Below, piece by piece: positions 1 to 13,290 of a DNA stretch of 64,000 nt. Source of the stretch: Lama glama (taxonomy: Eukaryota); NCBI GenBank assembly GCA_028534125.1, contig CM052817.1, forward strand, positions 73,348,001-73,412,000. The letters run 5' to 3'. Below the pieces are notes generated by a model, which saw nothing but the letters and a program-made list of their open reading frames with translations, was not told where the DNA came from and did no database searches. Position numbers and translations under genes: made by a program. How positions within the stretch are numbered: the stretch's first letter is position 1; each line of letters begins with the position of its first letter.

Positions 1-519
1 TCAGAGAAAGAATTTTCATATCTTGCATGTTTTATTATCAGGCTTCATTTGTTGTCCTCAAATTTTATAGAAAAAAATATAATCTCATAAAAGTTTTTGT
101 TTTATTAACTTTCATTAAAGATTTTGTTTTATTAACTTCTATGCCCACAGATTCCTGACCCTGCAGACATATTATTTGAGTGATTTCTAACCAGCTACCA
201 CAATTTGGTATGCTCTAAATTGCTTCAAGGCTGGCAATTGATCCCTACAGCTCCAGCAAAGATAATACAGTTGCAGTTTATCGTTTGGTCTTCAACTCTC
301 TTTTAACTTGTCCTTACTCTGGCCCCTAAAGCTTCCTTGTCTGGATCACCTAACAGTCTTTCTTTCTCTATTGTTGCAAATGATGAAGTTGTGTTCTAGA
401 ATCACAGCTATTTAATGGAAAAGTCTACCTAAAACACACACATATCATTAAGCTGTTTCATCTAATTATGCCGTAAGCCATAAAGGTATCTACTGTTTAC
501 CTATCAAGGAGGCCAGAAG

Positions 520-940
520 TTATTAGTCCTAGGATAGTTGCTTCAGTGGTTCAGTAATGTTATCAGTGATTGAAACTTCTCTGATCCTTCTGCTTTGCAG
601 TCCTTGGATGTTTTGCTATCTCTCTTGGTCACGAGAAAGCTGCCACAATTCCAAGCATCATGTCTTTATGTAATATCCAAAACCAAAAGCAAGGTTGGGG
701 GAGGGTGGCAGGTAGTGGCCAGGTCTTTCTCTGGTCATACCTCATTTTTTATGAGGGAGGAAAATCCTGCAAAAGCCTCTTTTCCTTTCATTGTTAGAAC
801 TGTGTCACGTGTCTGCCTATCCCTTGAAAAAAATCCCTAGAAATGAACAGGATGCCATGTATTGGGGTTGGGTACATTGTCATCCAATCCCAATGGCTGG
901 AAAAATTAGAGAAAGGTATTTGCTAGCCAACCAACAATAT
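520..940. mobile_element. Old MaLR LTR fragment (MLT1J/K/L-like)
   Basis: Degenerate MLT1-type motifs (ggtcacgagaaagctgccacaattccaagcatcatgtc; tgtgtcacgtgtctgcc); boundaries approximate. Confidence 0.5.
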
Positions 941-1490
941 ACATCTACATAGCTAGAACTCAATTGAATTTTAGGTCTCATGAATCTGCAATTAATTTAC
1001 TGGGTATTTACTACTGTTAGATTGAAAGGCTGAATCTTATGTTCAATTTATCTACCTTTAAGGAAGGAAAAGTAGTTTTTAAGTTCTTTTTCTGTTTATC
1101 TGTTTCTACAAGGGCTTGATATAAACATTGTGGTTGATGTTTCCATGGTGATGAAAAACATTATCATCTAAGAGCATTCCTTTTGAACCTAACAGCAAAA
1201 GACACAGTTTAGATGATGATTACAGGAACAAACAAATACGGTTCTTGACAATTACAGAGAATGTGTTTTGAAGAAATTTGTTTTCCAGTTGATGTTATGT
1301 GTACAGTGTATTACTGAAGTTACATCTGCTTTTAAATTTTAAAATACCATCAACAGAGGTAAGAGTCTCAATTTTGCACTCAAATTTCCGAGGGAATCTA
1401 TTAGAGGTGGTCTGTGTAATACTTCCTACTATAACTATTCTCTTATCTTTTCAGTTTGAAAGTTATGCTAAGATAAAAGAAATCTTTTAA

Positions 1491-1612
1491 GGGGAATGAG
1501 TTTAGCTCAGTGGTACAACACATGCTTAGCATGTAGGAGGTCCTGAGTTCAACCTCCAGTACCTCCATTAAAAATAAAAAATAAAAATGTTTTTTAAAAC
1601 CAAAAAAAAAAT
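1491..1612 (+). mobile_element. Camelid tRNA-derived SINE (vic-1 type)
   Basis: A box tagctcagtgg, B-box-like gagttcaacc, A-rich tail; TSD gaaatcttttaa at 1479-1490 and 1613-1624. Confidence 0.9.
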
Positions 1613-1809
1613 GAAATCTTTTAAGGTGGGCTGTTATTAGTTCATTCAACAGATATTTTTTGAATGCCTAGTAAATATGTGTCAGGCAGTGCTATAGGAT
1701 TTGGAAATAAAACTGACAAAAATTAAATCCCTCCCCTCATGGAACTTATATTCTGGTAGGTAGGAAAGATAGAAAATAAAGGCATAAAAATATATATATA
1801 AGATCTCAA

Positions 1810-2790
1810 CCACAAGCAGAATATAATAAGCGTTGGTGAGGATGTGGAGAAATTGGAACCTGTGCACTGCTATTGGGAATGTAAAATGGTGCAGGTGCTA
1901 TAGAAAACAGTATCGCAGCTTGTCAAAAACTTAAAACTAGAATTACCATATAATCCAGCAATCCTACCTCTAAGTTTAGAACCAAAAGAGTTGAAAGCAG
2001 GAACTTGAGCAGATATTTTTACACCTATGTTCATAGAAGCATTATAGCCAAAAGGCGAAAGCATCCATTGATGGAATAATGAATAAACAAAATATGATCT
2101 ATAAAGTTGTCCCTTGGTATCCACAGGGAATTGGTTCCAGGACCTCCCTGGATACCAAAATTGTAGGATGCTCGAGTCCCTTATAAAATAGGGTAGTATT
2201 TGCATATAATCTAAGCACATCTTTCTGTATACTTTAAATAATCCCTGGATTGCTTGTAATATCTAATACAATGTAGATGCTATGTAAGTGTGACAGATGC
2301 AAGTTTTGCTTTTTGGACCTTTCTGTAATTTTTTTTCGAGTATTTTCTGTGTGCAATTGGTTGAATCCATGGATGTTGAACCCACAGATATGGAAGGCTG
2401 ACTGTACATACAATGAAATATTATTCAGTCTTAAAAAAGCAGGAAACTCTGATACGTGCTAGAATATGCATGAATCTTGAAGACAGTGAAATAAGCCAGC
2501 CACAAAAGGACAAATACTGTCTGAGTCCACTTTTATGAAGTATATAGTAGTCAGATTCATAGAGACAGGAAGCAGGATGGATGCTTGTTACCAGGGACTG
2601 TAGGGGTCAGGGGGGTGGATGTTTTGTTTATCGGATACAACGTTTCAGTTTGGGAAGATGAAAAGAATTCTGGAGATTGGTTGCACAACAACATGAACGT
2701 ATTTTCACACTACTGAACTGTACACTAAAATTTAGTTAAGATGGTAAATTGTATGTGTATTTTATCACAATTAAAAATATAAATAAAATG
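1810..2790 (+). mobile_element. L1MB-like 3' end, interrupted by MER2
   Basis: gttggtgaggatgtggagaaattggaacc ... ggagattggttgcacaaca ... ttttatcacaattaaaaa, typical of the L1M ORF2 end and 3'UTR. Confidence 0.85.
2104..2404 (+). mobile_element. MER2/MER2B TcMar-Tigger non-autonomous DNA transposon
   Basis: Termini aagttgtcccttggtatcc ... gatatggaaggctgactg; TA dinucleotides at 2102-2103 and 2405-2406. Confidence 0.85.
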
Positions 2791-3744
2791 TCAAGTGGTG
2801 ATAAGGACTATGGAAAAGATAAAACAAGAAAAGTGTGGGAGGACATGGGATGCGGTCAGACAAGACCTCCCTAATGAGTGATAGTTAAGCAGAGGTCTGA
2901 AGTACATGAAGGAGGGAACACACATCTGGGGGAGGAGCCTTTTAGGCAGATGTTAAAGCAAGTGGGGATGGTCAGAGGTAGGACCAGTTTGGTCTGTTTT
3001 AGGAATAGGGAGATTGCCAATGTAGCTCAAGCAAAGTGAGGAGGAGAGTGGTGAAGGTGGACAGGTCATGTTTCAGGTTATGACACTGAGTATGTATAAA
3101 TGCATCCTTGTATGAATAAAATACGGGTATTATATATCTTTGTAATTGTAGGCATAGTGTTGGTTTGTTTGAAAGCAGATGGCTATATTGACCTAAAGCA
3201 TGTGTGTTCACTCTGTACCTCTACAGTTAACAGATGAACATTTGTATTGGCTCATACAGTGCCTAAACGCTATTCAGTATAAGTCTTCCTCACTACCCCA
3301 CAACCGCCCCTACTCTGCCCCATCCTGCTGTTCTACTAAAGGAATATTTTCCCATGTTTTTTAAATCACAGATTTAATATTGTGTTTGTATCTTCAGATA
3401 AAGATATGGTCAGAAATTAAACTTATTTTAAGAATTCTGTTACTGCAAACGTAAACTAAAAATGACAGAAATCAAAGTGTAAGCCTTACTGATTTCAGTA
3501 TCACGGGTGATTCACTGGAATATATGCACTAAGGTGAGTTTCCCCAGTGTTTATAAATATCCAGCTACAGCTTTCTGTGGACTTTATATACAAAATTTTA
3601 TAATACATACATGGTTCAGTATATAGTAGCTATAGTATGCAGTATAGAGAGTTATTGTTAAAGTACTGTAAGTTAACCCAAATTTTTACATGGAACTGAA
3701 AAAGAGAAAAAACCCAAAAGAAACCCTCTTCTAATTATGCCATA

Positions 3745-3945
3745 ATGTATGACAGTGGAGCAAGCCTAAGGTTTAGCCTCAAAAGACCAGATTAAGTGTA
3801 TGTTGTATTATTTACTAGAGGTATGTCCTTTGGGAAGTTATGAATCCTGTCTGAGCCTCAGTTTCTTCACTTGAAAATAATATCCACCCAATATGGTTGC
3901 TGTAAGGATTCACTGAGATATTGTAAGTAAAGCACTTGAGATACA
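3745..3945 (+). mobile_element. MIR SINE
   Basis: Core ctgagcctcagtttcttcac ... tgtaaggattcactgagata ... gtaaagcactt. Confidence 0.7.
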
Positions 3946-4324
3946 CAATAATTGTTATAAAATTATAAATCATGTATCATTGATAATGTCATTCAAATAG
4001 GAATCATTCATGCTTTTACTTGGTTCTGCTCTATCTAGGAGGGGAATAAGGGTGGAAATCTGATTAGAAGGAGCAGAGACATCGGGGGAATCTGTCTGGA
4101 GCTGCACTGGCATAGTAAACATACTGTTTTAGTTAGGTTATAGGTTTTTTGGGGGGCCTCCTGGGAAGTAGGACCTCCTGGGCACTACTATAAATTTAGT
4201 TATTCTGAAAATTATAGTGTATTTGAATGATTCAAAATCAGAGGAAATACTGTCATATATTATATTAGTATATATAGTAACTAATATAGTAACTAATATT
4301 TACATATTGTATGTGTGTGTATAT

Positions 4325-4745
4325 TTATAAAATGCTTACCAAGTGCCAGACACTTTTGTAATACTTTACATGCAGTGGTGTGTCATGTACCAGCTTGAGA
4401 GAGCCAGTTGTTAAAACATCAGGTATTCTGTGAGCTGATTGGCTTTATGTTGGTAGCTTAAAATTGGCCCTGGTAAGAAGTAGGCCATTTGCACAAAGCA
4501 TCCTTATCCCCCAGGGTGATTGTTAAACATTTATTATCACATCACTATATCAAGAAATTTTAATTTCAAAATTACCCCATAAAAGGGATACCATTATCAT
4601 TCTCATTTTAACAGATGAAGGAATGGAGGCTAAGGAAGTTAAGGTCAGTGGCCCATGGACACTCAGATAATGGGTAGCAGAGTAGGGATTTTAATTGCAG
4701 CAGTCAGGCTCTGGAGTTCATGGTCTTAAACATTTTGCATTGTTA
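4325..4745 (-). mobile_element. MIR SINE interrupted by MER63A
   Basis: tgcttaccaagtgccagacact ... ctcattttaacagatgaaggaatggaggct. Confidence 0.7.
4373..4547 (+). mobile_element. MER63A-like hAT-Blackjack DNA transposon
   Basis: Terminal inverted repeats cagtggtgtg ... cacatcacta; internal gagagccagttgttaaa and gttggtagcttaaaattggcc. Confidence 0.7.
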
Positions 4746-6827
4746 CTACTGATTACTCCCAAAGAAGTGTTCTCGCCTTGTAGTGTTTTCTGCAAAACAG
4801 CCTCACAATTTGAAGGTTGGAATGTCCTCTAAAAAGATCACCTTTTTGGTTCTTCACCAGCACCAGACAATATGGTCTGCTCTGGATTGGAAAGAGCCTG
4901 GGTCTCTCTCTGCATCTACATAACATTCACTGTTCTGCCTGAGGCTGATTCCTCACCAAAAAAGTGAAGAATTTGGATTTGATTACGTCTAAAATGTCTT
5001 CGAGGTATAAAATTCTTATTTAACCAAAGCTTATCCATTCTGCCTCTGGGCCCTGATGTTTGGGGACTCGCATCTGCTCCACATGTATCCTATAGCTGTA
5101 CCAGTGATTAAGCATTTGAGTCCACTGGTAGTTTTTCTCTAGTTGTTTCATACGTGTGCATATTTTTCGCATAAATTAGGTAGGTTTTACACTATGCAAG
5201 TTAGACTTTAAGCTTTGTCATGGCAGAAACCCTGTTTCTTTGGTTCACTGGTGTAGACTCAGCATCTGGCTGAAATTAGACATTTGTTGAATGAATAAAT
5301 AAAATTTTCTTCAATTCAGTCCAACAATTCAACTTCAAATCCACAAAGATGAATACTTATGGATATAGGTATTAATAATGATACTTATAGATAATACTTA
5401 CGGAATATATCGGAGGTGGAAAGAAATAGGAAAACTGAACACAGATCAGTTGTATGATGTGATGTAATGTGTCTATGTAACATACATATTTTGCATCTGT
5501 ATACACAAAATATGAAAGAAAATGTGAGAAACTAGTAAGATTGCTTTCCTTTAGGGGTGAAGAGTGTGAGTTCAGTTGTAAGCCTACTCATAGTCTCTTC
5601 ATAAGAGAAGATGCCATATCTTCTACTTTCACGGGGAGGGAACAAACTCCCCATGTTGGATCACTGATGGGACTTGACAAGTTATATAAAACATTCTCCT
5701 TAGCGTAATAAGTGATCGGAGCATTCCTGCTGTTCCCCTTTCTAGTTAAGTTCAGGGCCAAAATGCCCCGCAGGGATGGCTTAGTGCCTTCTGTCTTCTG
5801 TGTTCAGAGTCATTAATCGTCAAGAACTATTTACTGAGAAAACTATGCTGGGAAGAACCTGGTTAGGGGTATGTAAAATCAAGGAAAAGCAAGTTACCTG
5901 CCACCATGTAGCCATAATCCCCACTTTGCTTGGTGATACACAGATGCAGAGCGATCTGAGAAGGCTTTGAGGGAATCTGACTGAAAGAATGTCCCCTCAT
6001 TTTATCAAAGAGGATCCCCATCATTTTCCCTTCAGGACCTCAAGAAATACTTCTTTCATTTTCCAGTGTCATTCACTATAATGGGAATTTATTTCATTAA
6101 ATGTTTTTCCATTAGAAAAGGTGTTCATGCTAATTTTTAAAACAGAAATAAAAAGAAACAGGGAAAAAAGAAAAAAAAAAGTCTTCCATTGTTTTACCAC
6201 CCAAAATATAACCACCATTACTGTGAGACATTTGTTTCCATTTTCACTTTGTACAGTACTTTGTTGGTTTGTGTAGGAAGTAATCTGGGCATTTTGCCCA
6301 GTTTGGCTTAATTTTTGTTTATTTGTGAAGTGTCTTAGATTGCATTACACTTATTAAATCATTACTGTTATTAGCTGTTACTAATGGTATGTGATAATAT
6401 GTTCTTCTCAATCTAGGATTGAAGCAATAAAAAGTTCCTCCCCTAAGGCAATCTCAGTTATGAAATGCTGCACAGAGGCGATATAACTCTAACTGCAATG
6501 AAGTTAAAATTCCCAGGATTGTGGTTCTTTAAGTATTTTTCTCTGTACTCATTGTTTAGTGCAAAATCAGAATGGTTCTCTTCCAGTCCCCCATACACTG
6601 TGGCCTTTTCTGCTTCCCCAGTTTTTCTCATCTCTTCAATTTTTCCTATCTCTACCTCTCAGGACTCAAGTCATCTTCAAAGACTGCCACCAATTTTACT
6701 TTCCACAAAAAGGTTCTCCTCATCACTGTAACGTTCACACTAAACAAACGGATCTCTCATTCCCCGAACCCCTGCACTGCGTACTATCTATACAGTTCAG
6801 GTGGTATTTATATTCTATTTTCTTTCT

Positions 6828-7110
6828 TTTTTATTGTGGTAAAAAACTCAACAACATAAAATTGACTACTTTAACCATTTCTAAGTTCACAGATCAGTAA
6901 TATTGTGTTCACATTGTTGTGCAACCAATCTCCAGAACTTTTCAACATGCAAAACTGAAATTCTATTCCCATTAAACACCAGCTCCATATTTCCACCTCT
7001 TCTCCAGCCCCTGGTAACTACCAGTCTGCTTTCTGTTTCTATGAATTTGCTTACTCTAGATACCTCATGTAAGTGGAATCATACAGTATTTGTCTTTTTG
7101 TGATTGTCAT
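6828..7110 (-). mobile_element. L1MB-like 3' end
   Basis: tttattgtggtaaaa ... tagatacctcatgtaagtggaatcatacagtatttgtc. Confidence 0.85.
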
Positions 7111-8104
7111 TTCATTTATTGTATTTTACTTGATTGCAATTATTCACATATATATCTTTTCTTTCCTACCAGATTTAAAGCTACCAGAAGAATATTGTCA
7201 CATACATATTCTTTTTTTTAATGTACATTTTCTGATCATTCATGTTGAATAGCACAGAAAATTTTTCATTAAATATGTTCAATAAACTCGTGTTAAATGA
7301 ATAAAACTAGACTTTTAAATTTGACCCATACATAGAATTGCTTTAGCCACATGCCGTGCATACTGGTGGGGACCATGAGGCTACTTATGGAACATTTCTT
7401 ACTCTCAGGTTTAAAAAAATTTTTTTTTCAACAAATTTTAACTGCTGGCGGATTTAATGTAGATAATTTGTCTGGGAATCACTGGTACTAAGGGTTCCCT
7501 AAATACTCCTTTTTCTTTTAGGTTTCACACTGGAAATATACCCCATTTATTATGAGTACCTTTCATTTATCATAATATTTTATAGTCCTTTACCTAATTT
7601 AATAACTTAGGCAGCCAAATTACCTAATTTACCTAACTTAATGACATAGCTGCTAAATTTATCTTAAATAAATAAAAAATAGAACCACAGAATTTAAAAA
7701 ACAAAATTCTCTGATTTTACATGTGAGAAAATTGAGTCCAGAGAGTTAGGTGTACAGAAGTATGTGAGATCATTGTCATTTCCCCTCTGTGATGGTACAT
7801 TTCAGGCATCTACCAGTTGGGGAAGAAATTTTTGGTCAGACAGGTTTTCTTTGCAATCACATCATTTCCATAGGTGCTGAATGTTAGCAAGGGTGACTCT
7901 CTTTCTCCAAACCCTTTTTAGAGGCAAAATAATGCTGATTGTCCCACTCGATCAGTAGTTCTGGAGGAACTCTGCTGAAACTGGAAAGAAGAGTGGTTGG
8001 CATGACAGATTTCTGTCTTCCTCCTTTAAGAAGCACAATTAAATGGTTCTGATGATTGGATGTCAGTGGTGACGGTGTTGGTAGTTCTTTTCTGAAAGTC
8101 ACCA

Positions 8105-8260
8105 TGGTGCTTTTAAGATCTTGGGCTCTGAAGATGCATTGTCTGAGTTAAATCCTGGCACTGAATCTTGCTTGCTGTGTGACCTTAGACTGGTTACTTC
8201 ATCTCTCTAACCCTCAGTTTCCTCATCTGTAAATTGGGGATAGTAAGTGATACATACATG
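8105..8260 (+). mobile_element. MIR SINE
   Basis: gctgtgtgaccttag ... cctcagtttcctcatctgtaaattggggatagtaa. Confidence 0.8.
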
Positions 8261-8467
8261 TAGGTGCAGACACTTTAGACACTTCATAACACTTGATTTA
8301 ATGACACATCAGACTATTATATGTCCAGAAAATATACAAGTTCTTTCTATAAATTTGCTGCTTTTCGTTGAAGCAAATCTTTGTGTATGCTTGTGTATAT
8401 ATATATCTATTGGGTTTGTTATTTATTGGGTATTATTTGTATGGAATTTAATATCTATCAACCATCT

Positions 8468-8997
8468 ATCTCAGTTATCAATTCCTGCATAATAAGCCAT
8501 TTCAATATTTAGTGGCCTAAAACCACAGCAGTCGTTTATTTGTTCGTGATTCTGCCATTTGGCCCATGTCTCTGCTCCATGTGGCATCAATTGGGAACAC
8601 TTGACTGGCGTTGGATGATCCACTTCTGAGATGGCCCATTCACATGCCTGAGGAGTTGGCACTGGCTGGGGGAGAGGTTCAGTTCTTGCTCAGTGGAGTC
8701 CTCAGTTCTTGCGTCGGCTGGGTTCTCAATGCTCTTCCGTGTGGTCTCAGCATATGGATAACTTAGGCTTCCCCCTAGCTTGGTGGTCTCAGGGCAGTTG
8801 GACTGTGTATATGGAGAGGAGCTTCCAGCTGTGCAAAAAGGGGAAGCTTCTAAGCTTTCTTAAGGCTTAAGCCTGGTTACTGGCAGAGTATCTTCCACTG
8901 TATTTAATTGGTTAAAGTGGGTCAGGAGAGGGGACTGCATGAGGATGTAAATTGCAGGTGTGGTCCATAGAGGCCACTAATGTGACAGACTGCCACA
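8468..8997 (-). mobile_element. MaLR solo LTR (MLT1H-like)
   Basis: tctcagttatcaattcctgcataataagcc ... cagactgccaca terminus. Confidence 0.7.
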
Positions 8998-9049
8998 CCT
9001 TTCACCTAATAGAAGTATTTGACTACCCTTGGTGTATAAGAGAATATTC

Positions 9050-9490
9050 GTTTATTGTTTCCACAGTTATTTACTGAGCATTTGTCTTGTGCCAGGGTTT
9101 GTAGTAGGCACCAGGATACACAGTAGAACAAAATGTACAAGATCCTTGCCTTGACAGAACATACATCAGGCAATGAAGCAAGTGATCTCATTACCTGGTG
9201 ATTCCATGGGTGCTCTGAGGATGATAAGAGCTGTATGCTGGCAGCATTCAGCAGGGGTCTTAACCTAGTCTGCGGGTTCAGGAAAATTCTGAATTGTGAG
9301 GTAAAGATAATGCATTCCATAGGAGTTCGATGAAAGGAGGGAAGCAGAGTTAAAGTAGGCAAAGAAAAGTCTGTTTTGTCTGGATATTAAATGATGTGGA
9401 ACACTTAGAATGGTAAGGTGTAGGGAGGGAAGCATTCCAGATAAAAAAAAAACCCAGTGCTGAACCTGGAAGCAAGTGTGTGTGTGAATG
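9050..9490 (-). mobile_element. L2 3' fragment
   Basis: atttactgagcatttgtcttgtgccagg ... gatccttgccttgacag. Confidence 0.65.
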
Positions 9491-9689
9491 AGCTGAGTGG
9501 CTCCTTTCTAAAGCAGGAGCGCGTGGTTGTGCTGCTTCTTTACTGCTCTCTCGCTTAGAGCCAGGGGCCTGTGCTACAAAACAGCAGCAGGGAGGAGTGC
9601 ACTTGGTACTGATGAATCTGGGGTTTAACCCTTCGACCTTGAGGTTATCAGCAAAATTCCCAAGTGATTCCAGAGAGGGAGAGGCAAAT

Positions 9690-9783
9690 GTGTGTGGGCT
9701 ATGTATATATGAATCACTTTGCTGTATACCTGAAACTAACACAGTGTCGTAAATGAACTATACTTCAATAAATACATAAATAA
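9690..9783 (+). mobile_element. Short L1 3' terminus
   Basis: tcactttgctgtatacctgaaactaacaca ... tatacttcaataaa. Confidence 0.75.
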
Positions 9784-10477
9784 TGTGCACGGGAAGGAAG
9801 CTTTTAAAAGCTATCTCTGCCCAAGCCCCCCTTATGCCAAATTACCAAATTCCTGATGTCCCCTTGGGAGCAGGGGAGCAATTTCCTCCTACCTCCCCTC
9901 CATTCACTCTTTCTGATAAACCTGTTTTGTTGCCTTCTCTTTTGTTAGCAGAGGATAATATTAGAGAACTACTGATTTAACTCAAGCACACTAAGACATT
10001 TCCAGAAAAATATTTCTTAATGATATCATTGTCATCGTTGAATATAACCATTGTACAATTTCCTATTGAAAGTAGGAGTTCTTATCCATTAGAATAAAAT
10101 AGAGGCCAGTTAAATCAGCTCAGGCATCGTCACCTGTGTAATGAGGCAGTTGGATTAGATCCTGTAGTTTAGGTTTCATACTGTGCGTCTGCTTTAGGAA
10201 TGGAAAACAGATAGTTCGGGTTTTATTTCTCAAATATATTTGTTTTATTTTTAAACATTGGAAAAAACATACATTGAAATATGTTACAAATAAAAAATAC
10301 AATAACAGGATATCAGAATTTGAGTTAAATTAAAATCTCCATTTACTTCAACCCTGCACCTCACAGTTAAATTTGGCAACAGTGGTTCCTGATTTCCCTT
10401 TAGATTCATAATCCTGAACCTCCAGGTGCTTTTCATGCTGTCCAGAAATGTCACTGCACTTCCCTCATCCATATACT

Positions 10478-10660
10478 CAGATTTCAGTGCATCTCACCAT
10501 CGCCTGGGGGCCTTCTTAGCACCAGACATCCAGGAGCACCTCACCTCCACAGTTTCTGATCCAGTAAGGCTGGTGGGCCTTGAGATTTGTAATTTCTCAT
10601 AAATTCCCAGGTGATACTAGTGATGCTGGTCTAGGCACCATACTTGTAAGCTAGTATCTT
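10478..10660. mobile_element. MER5A hAT-Charlie element
   Basis: cagtttctgatccagtaaggctgg ... aaattcccaggtgatactagtgatgctggtc. Confidence 0.75.
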
Positions 10661-12068
10661 AGACCATTCACCCTCTCACTCTATTTTATAATTTCATTTC
10701 TCTACTCTCTTAATCTTCTAACATCTCCTCCTTCACCCTCACTGTCTGCCGATGACCTTGCTTCTGTACTCACTGAGAAAACTGAAGCCATCGGAAGAGA
10801 ACTTCCACAAGCTCCCATCAGCACCAGCATGCTCTGTCCACCAAATAGAGCTAAATATATAATCAGCTCCAAGTTATCATCTTAGATTAAATCTTATTAA
10901 GTGTCTTTGCAAAAAATATATATATATAGATTTGAATTTATATAAATTCCTATTTATAGGAATTTAATCCACATTTATCCTAATAAAACACAGCTCATAT
11001 CACTTATATAAAGTGATATATATATAATTGGGTTGCTGTGTAGTTGTTCATATGAGTTATACTGCTAAAAACAAAATTGAAAAACTACTGGAGTTTACGA
11101 CCTTTAAGATCTCTTGCAGCTGAATCATTTTCAGACTTCATGTAACATGGAATAATGAAACAGGAATTAAAATGAGAGAGAATATAATCCTCAAGAAGGG
11201 AAGGAAGGTGTTTCATGTCCATTGAAAAATTTGAAGAAAAACTGCAAAAATTGCCCTGTTGGACAGAAAGTCACTGTCATGATGAAGAACTCTGTGTAGA
11301 GTTGCTTATTAGAACTTGCTTATTAGTATCCACATTAAAAGATACTATGTAGGTGAATGACATCATCTGAATTACTTTTTAAAAAATTCACTCACTACTG
11401 TGGGGAGATTAGATGTAATGGGGACAAGAGTGCTAGCAAGACTGGTTAAGATAGTTTAAGTAATCCATGGAAGAGATAATGTGACTGGGAGTAGGGTACT
11501 AGCAGTGGACATAGAGAAAGTGGATGGTATTGAGTGTATTTAGGAGATAGAGTTGCAGACTTCCTGATGAACTGGCCATGGTGTGTGAGGGAAAGCAAGG
11601 AAACAACAAGACGCAAGGTTTGTGATTAATGATAGTTTGAATAATTTTATTTTTCCTCAACACTTTCTGTATTTCCCAAGTTATCTTGCATTGATAATGT
11701 TAAAAATAATAAACAGAGTCTAAACCATTTAAAAAGAATGGTAGGCACAGGGTGAAAGTAACATCTGAAATACCTGAATGCTTTGTACAATCAAAACAAA
11801 AGTATGGTAATGAAATAAAATTTAAGATTTACCTTTTATGAGGATATATATAAACTTCTTTTTCTTCAAGTATAAATTCCACAAGGATAGGGATTTTGTT
11901 TCATTTTTCACTTTTCATTTCCCCTGAAACCTAATTGGAGCTAAATAAATATCGGTAAATTATATTTATATATATATATATATATATTATCTGTACATAT
12001 TATATATATACATATAATATATAATCTTACATACACTTTTGAAGTTTGTATCTAAAATATTTTGATGT

Positions 12069-12193
12069 GGGGAGGGTATAGCTCAGTGGTAGAGTGCCAG
12101 CTTAGCATGTGTGAGGTCCTGGGTTCAACCCCCAGTACCTCCATTAAAAAAATAAATAAATAAACCTAATAACCCCCCCAAAATTAAAAAAAC
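12069..12193 (+). mobile_element. Camelid tRNA-derived SINE (vic-1 type)
   Basis: ggggagggtatagctcagtggtagag ... gggttcaacccccagtacctcc; A-rich tail with aaacctaataacccccc; degenerate TSD. Confidence 0.92.
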
Positions 12194-12699
12194 AAACTAT
12201 TTTGTTTATAGTAAACAATTTTGAGCTATTTATTGACTGATAGATACTTGAGGAGGACAGCCTTCAAGTCCATCAGTACGTTCGTGTGTTATTAGATTTT
12301 CTTCAGAAAGATGTGGAAAATTCGACATACTCCCAATTGATTGGATCACTGTTAATCCTAGGATGTTCTTTCTAGCTCTAAGAAAGCCCAGGTAAATGTC
12401 AGGTTAGTTTTTCAGTTAGTAGTTTCTCTGCTTACTTCCTTCCATGAGGCTAATAGTTTGTCCTGAATTAGAAACCTGATCTACTTCAGATGCCAGTGCA
12501 TAATTAGCATTAAGGCTCCTGCAGGGCCAGGAAGCACCAACATGCTTTCTTTTGGATTTATCAGGAAAGCATGGTTGTAGTTTCAAGGCTGGGAGAAGAG
12601 CTGTGAGATACAAACATTTTGATACTGAAACACTAGATTAAAATTTAATTCTTGTCAGTTTTCCCCCCAGGTAGGATGATCAGGTAACATCTCTTACCT

Positions 12700-13290
12700 C
12701 TCCCTTTGCTCTTTTGCTCTCCTTACTCTGTCTCTTGCTAGCCTGTCTCCAGTGTCCCCTATTTTGTCCTTTACTTTGCTGCCAGTGATACCTTTCTAAA
12801 ACTCAAATTTGAGCCTGTTATTTCCTTGCCTGAAACTCTTCAATGATTCTTTATTGCCTTTGCGATAAAGTCCAGATTCTTAATAAGGCCTCTGAGATCC
12901 TCTGTGCCTTCTGAGCAGGGCCCCAGGTCTCTGAAGGGACCATGCAAATTTTGCTTCTCTTACAAATTCCTTTGTTTGAATTCCAAGCTTTCCCCCTCCC
13001 TGTCACCCAGGGAGTCTGCTTCTCTCTCCAGACTCATCTTAAGAGTCACCCCTCTATAGGAGCCTTTTCTGAGTCTCCCACAATGAATTGATCAGTCCTT
13101 CTTAGTGCTCCGCCTCCACCTTTACAAGCTTTCATTATCTCTAACAGTTTAATGCACTTCTTTGTTTTACTATCTCTAACATCCTTGAGGGCAGGGACTA
13201 TGTCTTTTTCATTTTCTCCCTAGTGTCTAGCATGGTGCATGGTACAGAGAAGGCATAAGATATATGTTATATGAATTGTTAAATAAATGG
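12700..13290 (+). mobile_element. L2 3' fragment
   Basis: ccagtgatacctttctaaaactcaaatttga ... ccttgagggcagggactatgtc ... tgaattgttaaataaatg. Confidence 0.75.

Larger units (their letters stand above)
1640..3060 (-). mobile_element. L2 3' region split by an L1 insertion (L2 pieces ~1640-1790 and ~2790-3060)
   Basis: Begins cattcaacagatattttttgaatgcc (reverse complement of the L2 3' end); L2-like sequence resumes after the L1. Confidence 0.65.

Noticed and set aside
7884..8105. 73-aa minus-strand ORF with strong Kozak context (gcaccATGg)
   Set aside because: The start lies in a short palindrome at a MIR edge; no recognisable homology or promoter
12069..12142. tRNA gene calls for the SINE heads
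   Set aside because: They have A-rich tails and TSDs and are diverged multi-copy elements, so they are tRNA-derived SINEs
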